The position numbers were made by a program, and so were the translations under genes. 64,000 bases of DNA from Sedimentisphaerales bacterium. GTDB taxonomy: Bacteria; Planctomycetota; Phycisphaerae; Sedimentisphaerales; Anaerobacaceae. The stretch is taken from contig OY970194.1 of NCBI GenBank assembly GCA_963708075.1, positions 4,000,001 through 4,064,000 of the forward strand. The letters are read 5' to 3'. The notes under the pieces were generated by a model. That model ran no database searches. It worked only from the letters and a program-made list of their open reading frames with translations, and had not been told where the DNA came from. The stretch's first letter is position 1. The number at the start of each line of letters is the position of its first letter. Shown here one piece after another: positions 9,801 through 19,600 of this stretch.

Positions 9801-10795
9801 AGGTCTTCATTCTTGCTATCTTCGTTGTCGGCATCTTGGCGGCAGTGGTAATTCTCGGCGGCGGCCTGTTCGTCATCGACCAGGCGGAGCAGGGAATCAT
9901 CGTGCAGTTCGGCGAGCCCGTGGGCGATGTTGTCACCAGGCCGGGGCTGCACTGGAAACACCCGTTCATTCAGGAGGTCCGCCGCTTCGATAAACGCCTG
10001 CTGGCCTGGGATGGCGATGTGAGCCAGATTCCCACCCTGGGCCGGGAGTTCATCGTGGTCGATACGACGGCCCGCTGGCGGATCGTCGATCCTCTGAAGT
10101 TCCTCCGCTCGGTTCGCGACGAGCTCGGGGCCCGCACCCGCCTGGATGATATCCTCGATTCAGTGATGCGCGACATCATTTCCGGCGCCGATCTGGAAGA
10201 GATCGTGCGTTCGCACGACTGGGACGTGGATCCCGCCAGGCTGGAGGAGCCGATCGTCCGCGAGGACGTGGCCCTGGAAAAACCCAAAGTGGGGCGGGAG
10301 GGCCTGGAGCAGAAGATGCTCGCCGCCGCCGCCCGGCTGATGCCGGAGCTGGGCATCGAAATCGTCGATGTGCGCATCAAGCGCATCAATTACATCGAGT
10401 CGGTCCGCCGGCAGGTGGAGAGCCGCATGATCGCCGAACGGCAGAGCATCGCGGCGCGGTTCCGTTCGGAAGGCGAGGGACGCAGTGAGGTGATTCTGGG
10501 CGAGATGGAGCGTCAGTTGCGGGAGATTCGCTCGGAGGCCAAGCGCAAGGCCGAGGAGATTCGCGGCACGGCCGATGCCGAGGCCACAAAGACATACGGA
10601 GCGGCCTATGGCGCAGATCCCGAGTTCTTTGCCTTCTTCCGCACGCTGGAAAGCTATAAGGCGATGGGAAAGAACACGACGCTCATGCTCGACGCCAACG
10701 CGGAATTCTTCCGCTACCTGGAATCGACGCAGCCGTCGAATGCCACGAATGCCGGGAAATCCGGGGACGCCATGCTCAGTGCAGAATTGAAATAA
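9797..10795 (+). CDS. hflC: FtsH protease modulator HflC
   Basis: ATGA overlap with hflK; 'PGLHWKHPFIQ', 'DVRIKRIN', 'RMIAER...FRSEG', 'DPEFFAFFRTLESY'. Confidence 0.93.
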   Translation: MKVFILAIFVVGILAAVVILGGGLFVIDQAEQGIIVQFGEPVGDVVTRPGLHWKHPFIQEVRRFDKRLLAWDGDVSQIPTLGREFIVVDTTARWRIVDPLKFLRSVRDELGARTRLDDILDSVMRDIISGADLEEIVRSHDWDVDPARLEEPIVREDVALEKPKVGREGLEQKMLAAAARLMPELGIEIVDVRIKRINYIESVRRQVESRMIAERQSIAARFRSEGEGRSEVILGEMERQLREIRSEAKRKAEEIRGTADAEATKTYGAAYGADPEFFAFFRTLESYKAMGKNTTLMLDANAEFFRYLESTQPSNATNAGKSGDAMLSAELK

Positions 10796-10811
10796 GCAAG
10801 CTGTCCCGAAT
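10754..10811. repeat. GGGGAC...GTCCC palindromic element overlapping the hflC 3' end
   Basis: GGGAAATCCGGGGAC ... AAGCTGTCCCGAAT; related arms at 10908, 11396, 13050 and 13964. Confidence 0.6.
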
Positions 10812-10907
10812 GGCGGTCCCTTAAGACCATGCTTCCCGTCCTGATCAGCGTTTTCGGTTCAGAAACGAAGGTTCCCGACGTGGCTCTCCGCTTAACGGAC
10901 CGCCATT

Positions 10908-11006
10908 CTAAGCTGTCCCCGGAATTCCCGACCCCAGGCTGCGCATCCACCGCCCCCGGTCCCAGTGAGCATAAACACAGGTGTGACAAGTCGCTTGCCT
11001 CGCCAT
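10908..11006 (-). pseudogene. 5' fragment of a second HNH-AP2 gene
   Basis: MARQATCHTCVYAHWDRGRWMRSLGSG matches the N-terminus of 7343-8215, then breaks at a GGGGACAGC arm. Confidence 0.85.
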
Positions 11007-11168
11007 GAGTTCTCCCGTCCGTAGAAGTAAGGAAAACGAAACACATATTTAACCGCAGAGGACGCGAAGGAACGCAAAGGTTAAAACCATTGTCGTTGTT
11101 GAAGTTGACCTCTTTCTCTGCGTACCTCTGCGCCCTCCGCGGTAAAACCTTTCCCCGGCCGCCCGCAT

Positions 11169-11195
11169 GTCATTCCCGCGAAGGCGGGAATCCAG
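11169..11195. repeat. ATTCCC-N8-GGGAAT REP-like palindrome
   Basis: GTCATTCCCGCGAAGGCGGGAATCCAG; inverted relative at 14630-14655. Confidence 0.7.
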
Positions 11196-11221
11196 ACTAC
11201 AGACTACCGTCAACATGTCCG

Positions 11222-11303
11222 TTTGTCCATACAATTGTTCAAAAATCATCAAATTTTTCCGCGCATGCCGTAACGCCTTTGTGGCACAGAGGTTAGGAAT
11301 CCC
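11222..11303. repeat. Conserved non-coding block upstream of HNH-AP2, copy 2
   Basis: Near-identical to 8339-8420. Confidence 0.85.
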
Positions 11304-11433
11304 ACACCTGACGACACATAGCTTCTCTCGCCGGAGAAAAGAGCGATCCTGTCCCCCAATAGTTAACAAGTGAGACTCGACCCCCTTCATCACCCAATTC
11401 AGAACCGAAAAAGGTAAGCTGTCCCTGGACTTC

Positions 11434-12842
11434 TTATGTCGTCAGCAGAAAGTAACGTAGCGGGAGATACAAGATATTGTCGTCGAAGCTCACCGTCTGA
11501 TCGCGCGTAATGATACACCCGAAGGAGAGTCTGAATCTGGCCATGAATGACTTCAACCCACTGATCTGGTCGATTCGCGTTCTATGCTTGACCTCAATAG
11601 GCACATGACGGTTGCCGCCATGCGTCAGCACGAAATCCACTTCGCGTGTCTTCTCACGGTAGTACGTTAGTTCGATCCGCTCCGGCCAGCCCATCAACTC
11701 CCTCGCCACGACATTCTCAGCATATAGGCCCATTGTATGGTCATCCAGGGTCGTCCGGGTTTTCAGCACGGCGTTCCGCAACGCCATATCAATCGGATAC
11801 GTTTTGATGTTCCCCTGTGCACGCGCAAGGGCTGATGCGTGAACTTCTGTATCCGCAGGATCAAGTCAGTCTTTTCAAGGAGAGGCAGGTTGTCCTCAAT
11901 GACTTGTTTTTGCACTCCGGCGTCGCTGGCGATCTTGGTCGTGTTCAATTCGAGGCCCGGGTGCGCGAGCAGGTACACGAAAAACCGTAGCACATTTTCC
12001 GGCTTGCGGTATCGTCCCACGGACATCAAATCCTCATACAGTACCTTGCGGACTTGTTGCTCCATCAGATACTCGATTTTGCGAGCGGCATCAGGAAGAG
12101 CCCAGACCTCTGGGAAGCCTCCTTCTCGTGAATAGTCGAGGACGGCTTGATCGATCTCTTGCCGAAAAGGTGCAACCGCTTCATCGAGGCTGTTGATGCA
12201 ATCCACCGCGGCTCCACTATCCGATGCGAGCATGGCCGCTTTCAGGCGACAGTGCGCCGCCAACGTTGCAGCAAACGCCGGTTGCCCGCGCAGTCGATAC
12301 TCACAGTACTCACGGAAGCTGAATGGGAGCAGATGCCGGTCCTTGATCCGCCCAAGCAGCGATTCCTGGCTGCTGCGAAAAATAGGCGATGAGGCTGAGC
12401 CGGAAATCACGAATCGTAGCGGGCGTCTCAGATCGTATGCTTTTTTCAGGAACAGTTCCCATCGGGGCAGCCGCTGAATCTCATCCAGGAAGATGTAAGT
12501 GACCTTACCCGGTTTAGTGAATCGGTCGAACAGAAGATCGAGCACAATGTGCTGGGCTTCTTGCGACGTGAATACCTCGGGATCGTCCAGCGAGAAGTAC
12601 ACGATCCTCTGGGGATCAACCTTATTCTCACGAATAAGGCGGCTGGTCACATGACGCAGCGCCGTGCTCTTGCCGACACGCCGAGGGCCGGTTATTGAGA
12701 TAATCTGCGGTAGGTCCTTGAGATCGCTCAGTACTTCACCGACAATCGGGCGGTGGTAGTCGGGCAACGTAGCATCCCAATCGCTGGTTTTCCACCACGG
12801 ATTATATGGGGCGAGCACAGCGTCCAGCCGACCACTATCCAT
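11434..12842 (-). CDS. AAA_14/DUF4143 ATP-binding protein, frameshift near 11810
   Basis: Walker A GPRRVGKST, Walker B IFLDEIQ, 'ISGSA', 'GGFPE'; C-terminal 'EVDFV...PIEVK' lies in a second frame (11434-11787). Confidence 0.85.
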
Positions 12843-12880
12843 GCATAAGTCCTTATTTTGAAGCCAGTTATGTATTTCGT

Positions 12881-12924
12881 CAAAATATGAGCAGTATGAT
12901 ACTCATATTTTGCCAGTCAGTGCA
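12881..12924 (-). promoter_or_regulatory. ATPase promoter overlapped by an 11-bp inverted repeat
   Basis: TTGCAC-18-TATCAT on the minus strand; CAAAATATGAG-N10-CTCATATTTTG. Confidence 0.55.
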
Positions 12925-13253
12925 AGCCTCCTTGTACAACATTTGCCCTCCCAGACCACAGCTCGAGCCCTTTCTTGCGCAAGGACACCGTCTACCTAGC
13001 GTTCTTCGTCGCTCTTCGTTGGGTACAACTTTGCACAAGTAATCGGATGAAAATGGGGACAGTCAACCTATTTCCGCGTTCTCTCGTCTCATTTATCCCT
13101 CGGCCTTCGCACCCTTACAGCCATCCCGCTTGTTTCGGCCTCACCACATCTGTCCGGCCCGTGCGGGCCGGCAACCAACCTGTCGCAGCTTCATCAGGGT
13201 GCATAACTGCCGGTATTATGGCAGCCGCGGGCGAGGCCTGCAAGGGGAAAAGG

Positions 13254-13331
13254 CGGTAGTCGGTAGCCGGTAGTCGGTAGTCGGTAGTCGGTGGGGGCAC
13301 GGCGGGGCCGGGCGATTGCGGATTGCGGATT
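13254..13331. repeat. Heptamer tandem repeats (CGGTAGT)n and (GATTGCG)n
   Basis: Read directly from the sequence. Confidence 0.85.
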
Positions 13332-13581
13332 GGTCGGTTCTTACCTTCTTCCCTTCCTGCGTTCCTACCCTCTCACCTTCGGTGCTTTATCCTCCGTGTG
13401 CTGCGTGACCTCCGTGGTGAACCCGCCTGGCCCGTTGGAAGACCACCCCAGCGCGGCGTGGCGGCGCAACTTCTTCACTGAAAAATCCTTCTCCTGGTTT
13501 TTCCTTTCTGACGCGGTAAGCACCTGGTGTACAATAGGTCAGACTCATGTTCTGTAGAACTCGTCCTATACCAGGAGACAG

Positions 13582-13932
13582 GTGACCGAAATGGGGATTC
13601 AGGAGCACACAGGCAATACACTGATCGTCGATCTGCCGCCCGAACCGCAGATGACGGAAGAGTTGGAGGCCGTAATCACAATGATCCGGCAGCATGCGGC
13701 TCGCGATGTGGTGATCGATTTCACCCATGTCGGCATCGTGACTTCGTTAAGTCTTTCAAGACTGCTTCAACTGCGAAAGATAATGCATGATAACGGACGC
13801 AGCCTTGTCCTGCGCCATGTAGCGCCGATCACACGCGGTATTTTCAGTACTGTCGGATTTGACGAGCTATTTGAGTTTTGCGACGGTACTGAGGCGGCGG
13901 CGGAGCAACAGAAGAAGATCTCCGCGGACTGA
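13582..13932 (+). CDS. STAS-domain anti-sigma factor antagonist
   Basis: 'VVIDFTHVGIVTSLSLSRLLQL...RGIFSTVGFDELF'; AGGAG SD. Confidence 0.85.
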   Translation: MTEMGIQEHTGNTLIVDLPPEPQMTEELEAVITMIRQHAARDVVIDFTHVGIVTSLSLSRLLQLRKIMHDNGRSLVLRHVAPITRGIFSTVGFDELFEFCDGTEAAAEQQKKISAD

Positions 13933-14039
13933 GCCGCGTGGAAATAGACCTGAACGCCGTGCTCAATTCAGAACCGGATCAGTAAGCTGTCCGCGGAGTT
14001 CCCTCGGTATTGCGGCGACTGCAGGCGGGGAGGACACGG

Positions 14040-14850
14040 GGCTTGGGATTTTTGATTTACGATTTGTGATTTATGATTAGGAGGGAGGCCGGGCGCGACG
14101 CCCGGATTGTGGATTTCGGATTGCGGAGTGCGGAATGAAAATGCAGTTGCAGGTTGAAAATCTGCGTTCATCTGCGGTGAACAATCAGTTGTCATTTCAC
14201 GGTTGTCAGTTGGCAGTTGTGAATCTGCGAAAATCTGCGAAATCTGCGGATGAAAAGCAGTTGTCAGTTCACGGTTGTCAGTTGCCGGTCGGCGGTTCCT
14301 TCTTGGCGGTCTTTGCGTCTTGGCGAGAGACAATCCGCATCCCGGCCGTAAGGTCGGGGATTGCCGCGCTGCGCTCCTAAGAAACTAACTGGCCGGGTGC
14401 CATGTCTACGCTTGCGTAGACATGTTCCACTCGATGGGCAAGGCATGCTTACGCGAGCGTAAGCATGGCACCGAAACCCTCTGGTTTCTTCCCGACACCT
14501 GCCGCGCAGCAACTGACCGACTCGCAATGACAGAGTCGGGATCAGCGGTTACCCGCGGTTGCATTATCTCTGCGTCTCCGCGTCTCTGCGTGAGATGATC
14601 TTTTTGCGTGGTTCGTGGTGAAGAGCCGTGGATTCCCGATCAGGTCGGGAATGACGTGCCCGCAAAGAGAATGAATCGGTGTACGGTGCACACCCTACGA
14701 AATCCGCGTGAATCCGTGGAATCGGGGCCTTTGGATTGATGATCGATGATTTACGATTGATGATTGGGAGGCGCTTCGCGTGGTTCGCGGTTGACGATCA
14801 GAAATCCGCGTGGGTTAAGAACCCACCCTACATAGTGCGCGGGAATGACA
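14040..14850. repeat. Non-coding mosaic of heptamer, AATCTGCG and REP-like palindromic repeats
   Basis: GATTTAC-type heptamers; double hairpin 14397-14471; palindrome 14630-14655; CCCTAC-ended REPs near 14680-14698 and 14810-14831. Confidence 0.8.
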
Positions 14851-14859
14851 TTGAAAATA

Positions 14860-14903
14860 CCAAGGGACCCCGGACCTAGGTTGGCGGGTCCGGGGTCCCC
14901 TGG
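14860..14903 (-). terminator. Probable intrinsic terminator of the LamG gene
   Basis: 13-bp GC stem 14864-14876/14887-14899 followed on the minus strand by TTGGTATTTT. Confidence 0.6.
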
Positions 14904-14915
14904 GCGCGTCGTGGA

Positions 14916-17868
14916 TTATCGATCGCCGGCGAGGTAACGGACCTCGGCGGGGGACAATGCACGGTTGTAGATGCGGAAGTCATCGATGGAGCCGAGGAAG
15001 AGCGCGTCGGGCGCATTGCGACTTGCCGATCCAGTTCTGCGTCGTCTTGCCCATGTCCTTGGGCAGGACGGCCGTGCCGCCTGAGGCGACTCGCTCGCCG
15101 TCGATGTAGATCGTGATCGTCTTGGCCGCGGCTGTCGATCGTGACGGCTACGTGGTGCCAGCCGACGGCCAGGTGGCTCGGGCTGTTCACGATCTGCTCG
15201 TCACCGTTGGCGGCTTGCGAATCACGACGACTCATGTTGCCGGCGGTGCCCTGGCGCGGGCACAGGAACATGTAGGCCGAAGTGCCCGAGCCGAAGTCGA
15301 AGATCACGCTGCCAGGCGCCGTTGCCGCCGCCGAAGTAGACGTGCGTGGCGACGGTCGTGTCGGTCAGCGTCGAGATCAGCGTGCCGATGGGCAGGTCCA
15401 CGTAGGTGTTGGTGCCGTTCATAGACCAGGGCCTGGCCGGCGTAGCCGGGCTCGTAGTTGGCGGTGCCGTTGATGGTGCCGTGGTTGTTCTTGCCGGAGC
15501 TGTCCTGGGCGTCTCCGTCCATCGCGTAGAGGGCCATCAGGTTGGCCGTGCCCGGATCGACGGGACCGACGGCCTGCGGGCGCGACGGCGTACAGGCGGA
15601 TGTCGTCGATGAAGACGGTGCCGGCGCCGGTGCCCTCGACGCCGATCGTCAGGGTCTTGACGCTCTTGAGATTGGCGCCGGTGGCGGCCAGCGAGATCGC
15701 CCACTGCTTCCACAGGGGCATCGTCGTGGCGGCATTGTTGCCGAAGGCAACTTTCGTGCCGTTGATCTTCACATACAGCGGAGCCGGTGCGTTGGCCACC
15801 TGTCCGCGGAAGTACAGGACGAGGGTTGTGATTCCATGCTCCGTCCAGTCCTGCGGCGGGTCGAAGGTGCGGTCGGCCTCGGAGAGTTTCCCTGCGGCCG
15901 GGTTGTCGTACGTCAGAGGCATCGCTTGCTTGCCGCCGTGAACGAGCTTGGTCTCCACGATGGGACCTGTCACGGGGTCATAGCCGACGACCGAGCCCGT
16001 GCTTGCCCGGATCTGGTCGACGCCGTCGATCCACGCCTGGAAGATGCGCTTGGGCGCGTCGTTTGTGTAGCCCTCGAAGTCATCGAGGCTGATGTAGTCC
16101 ACGGTCGTGAAGCTCCAGACGTCGCCGGGTCGGGTGACGGTGCTGACCTCATCGATCTTCCAGTAGTAGGTCGTGCCGAGGTTCAGACTGCCGGGGACAT
16201 AGCTGTGCTCGGTCACCGTCTTGGCCGCGACGGTTCCGCCGGCCACAGCGGCCTGATCGGCGCCAAAGAACACCTGGTGCGACTCGGCCTCGCGACCCGG
16301 CCGCCAACTCAGGCCGGTATCGACGCTGACGCCCGTCGCGCCGGTCCCCGGCTGCGGGGCAAACGCCTGCACCGGCACATAGAAGAATCGAACCTCGCTC
16401 AGACCGCACTGCGGCAAAACGCCGCCCCAGTTGGCGTTGATTGTCAGCCTGACGAACTTGGCCTCCACGCCGCCGAAATCGACGGTCGTATTCGCCTTGT
16501 AGGTCGGCAGGCCGGTCGCCTGGGCGAATTCGGGCACGCCCGCCAGGACCGTCCAGGTCTGGCCGTCGGCGGAATACTCGATGGTGACGTTCTTGGCGCC
16601 CGAAGCCCACCACGGTCTCGATCATCCTGGTTCGCGTTCCAGACCCACAGCTCATCGAGCTTATAGACCTTGTCAAATTCGTACTGAATCCAGGCGGGCT
16701 TGAGCCCGTTGCTCATCCACATCTTCGTGGAATCGACGGAGTGCTCGTCGTTGGCGTTGAGGCCGGAGCCGTTGATGGTGTTCTGCGGCCCCATGTTGTT
16801 CCCCGAGCCGGAAGCCTTGGCCGCCACGGGTGTAACCGGGTACGCAAAGGGTTCGGCGGTGAAGCTCCAGACGTCGCCCTTGAAGATCGTGTTGTCGGGG
16901 GCGGCGTTCACCTCGTCGACACGCCAGTAGTACGTCTGGCCGAAATTGAGCAGACCGACCGGATCGTACGTCGTGTCCGACTGCCCCTGGCTGGCCAGCA
17001 CGTTCATCGGATTGGCCCGGCCGGCGCTGTTGACATCCTCGAACACGGTGCCAAGATAGACATCGTGCGATGCGGCGAATCCGCCGGGCGTCCAGCTCAG
17101 CACGACATCACGACGCACATCGACGGCCCTATCTTTCGGTTGAGGATCGGCCGCGAGATCGGGCATCGCCATACCGTTCTGGAAGATGGCCGTCACCTCG
17201 TCCGCCGACAGCTCACGATTGTACATCGCGACCTCGTCGATGCTGCCGAGGAACTGCTGGCCACCATTCGAGCTCGCCTCCGCACCGATCATGAGCGGCC
17301 AGTTGTTCGGGTTAATGTCGACATTTCCCGGCGGACCGGGTCTGGCCCTCCCTCTTGCCGTCGACGTACATGCGAAGCGTCTTATTGCCGAAGGTGGCCA
17401 CGATAAAGTGCCATTCGCCATTGGCGACCGTGGTAGTGCCGTCGACGATCGAGAGGTGTTGTTGACGAAGAACTCGAGCCGCGGGAGACCGACGTTCTGC
17501 GTCAGGACCAGATCGAAGCCGGAAGTCTGGTACTGGGACTTATCGACCACGCGGGCCCAGTTCGGGACCGTCGTGGCCTTGACCCAGGCCAACACACTGA
17601 GCTCGGCCGTCACGTCGTATTGGGGAATCTCCGGCACCGTGACGTGCGAGCCATTGCTGGCGAACTCCAGGGCCATGCCCTTGGGGCCCGGAACCCAGGT
17701 GGCGGCGCCGACAACAGTGCCGGGGTTGCTGTAGGTGGAGACGTCCTTGGCCGTCGTACCGGCGCCCTCGTCGAAGGGCATGTACAGGACCAAGGATTTG
17801 TCCGCAGCCCGGGCCTGCAGGGTCATCAGGCTCAGTGCCACTACAATGATCAGTCGCGACTTGCTCAT
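14916..17868 (-). pseudogene. Secreted LamG/discoidin multidomain protein with several frameshifts (sequencing errors or decay)
   Basis: GGAGG SD, signal peptide, LamG 'GSIDEVAMYNRELS', 'TYYWRVDEVN..KGDVWSFT' repeats, C-terminal 'DDFRIYNRAL..EVRYLAGDR'; spread across ORFs 16444-17940, 15419-16537 and smaller pieces. Confidence 0.8.
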
Positions 17869-18280
17869 GGTGGAACCTCCTTCCAATTCTCCTCGTGTCA
17901 ACGTGCCACTACGAACGATATTCTTTCGCCTGGGTCCCACCCGTCGGACCCATTTGACTTCCGCTCTATCGCCCTATCACAGGGACAACTCGTCAAATAA
18001 CCGCCCGGCGGAGCCGTGACGGGGCGAGAGGCGCTTTTCCACGTTCGCCTCGACCATCAGTCGGACCGCCCGGGATTTCCCATTTGACCTCGTAGACTGT
18101 CCTCCTGTACGGCGCAGGTTCCATGATACCCAGGTAGCGCACCCAATGTCAATATCTTCTATCAGGAAAGAGGCACGACTGGATATAATCACTCTCATGG
18201 CTGAAGAATCAGACTTCCTGTCAGCATCGGTCCGTCAGTCAACGCACCAACGAACTGCGCGCTGTCTGTCTCGGCCCCTC

Positions 18281-19600
18281 ATGCGGCTTACTCCTACCCT
18301 TCACCAAACCACGCTGCATCCTTCCAACCTGATTCCGTTGGTAATTTCCAGACGCTCGTTTTTGAAATCCTGCTTCGCGATGACAGTCATCGCATCGCTG
18401 ACGGCGGGTCTGCTTAAGGCGCAATCGGCCGAGGCCAAGGGGCCGCTCATGGCCTATGTGGGCACGTTCAGCTCGCCACTGCGTGACGTGCTGCCGACGC
18501 AGGTGGATTTGCCTCCCGGAAATGGACGCGGCATTCACCTGTTTCAGGTGGATCGCACCACCGGGGCCTTGAAACCGTGCGGAGTCTATGAGCTGGGGAC
18601 GAGTCCAAGTTGCCTGGCTTTGAACGCCGCCGGGACCCGCCTGTATTCCTCCAACGAGACGGACCGGGTGGGCGAAGGCAACGAAGGCACGGTCAGCGCC
18701 TTCGCGATCAACCGCGATGACGGGCAATTGACACTGCTCAACACCGTCCGTTCCGGCGGCGCCGGGCCCACGTATGTGAGCGTGCATCCGTCCGGGAGAT
18801 TCCTGCTGGTGGCCAATTATCAAGGCGGCTCCGTGGCGGTTCTGCCGATTCTGCCCGACGGCGATCTGGGTGTCGCCACAGACGTCAAGATGGATGTCGG
18901 AACCCTGGGACCGAAGCAGGCAACGAACGCCCCGCCGGGGAGCTTTGCCTTCAGCGGACACGATCGAACCCACGCGCACATGATTCAGGCCGATCCTTCG
19001 GGGCGCTTCGTTCTGCATGTCGATCTGGGCCTGGATCAAATCTTCGTCTGGAAGTTCGATGACGCCAAGGGCGTGCTCACTGCGAATGATCCGGCCGCGA
19101 TTTCGCTGCCGCCGGGAGACGGGCCACGGCATTTCTGCTTCCATCCGAATGGACGCTGGCTCTACTCCATTCAGGAGGAAGGCTCGAACATCGTCCTGTT
19201 TGACTACGATGCCCGGCAAGGGCGGCTGGCCGCGAGGCAAACCGTTTCCACCCTGCCGGCCGGATTCGCCGGCAGCAATTTCTGCTCGGAAATCATGGTT
19301 TCTGCTGATGGCCGGTTCCTCTATGCGGGCAACCGTCTGCACGACAGCATCGCGATCTTTTCAATCAGCGCCACCGGCGCTCTGACCTACATCGAGGAGG
19401 AATGGACGCGCGGGGACTATCCGCGGAGTTTCAATTTCGATCCCACCGGCCGGTTCCTTTACTCCTGCAATCAGCGCGGCGACAACCTCGCCGTCTTCCG
19501 CGTTGATCGCCAGACGGGTAGCCTGGCCTTCACCGGCCATTACACCCCCGTCGGCAATCCTTCAATCATCATCTTCCTCGATCTTGCGAAGATGGATTAG
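18281..19600 (+). CDS. pgl: Lactonase family protein (6-phosphogluconolactonase-like) with Tat signal
   Basis: SRRSFLK; 'LVANYQGG', 'HAHMI', 'GPRHF', 'PRSFNFDPTG'; start uncertain. Confidence 0.85.
   Translation: MRLTPTLHQTTLHPSNLIPLVISRRSFLKSCFAMTVIASLTAGLLKAQSAEAKGPLMAYVGTFSSPLRDVLPTQVDLPPGNGRGIHLFQVDRTTGALKPCGVYELGTSPSCLALNAAGTRLYSSNETDRVGEGNEGTVSAFAINRDDGQLTLLNTVRSGGAGPTYVSVHPSGRFLLVANYQGGSVAVLPILPDGDLGVATDVKMDVGTLGPKQATNAPPGSFAFSGHDRTHAHMIQADPSGRFVLHVDLGLDQIFVWKFDDAKGVLTANDPAAISLPPGDGPRHFCFHPNGRWLYSIQEEGSNIVLFDYDARQGRLAARQTVSTLPAGFAGSNFCSEIMVSADGRFLYAGNRLHDSIAIFSISATGALTYIEEEWTRGDYPRSFNFDPTGRFLYSCNQRGDNLAVFRVDRQTGSLAFTGHYTPVGNPSIIIFLDLAKMD

Noticed and set aside
8135..11366. Composite transposon carrying hflKC
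   Set aside because: The repeats contain no transposase and no target duplication was seen
13254..14850. Possible CRISPR array
   Set aside because: No constant-length repeats with unique spacers, and no cas genes
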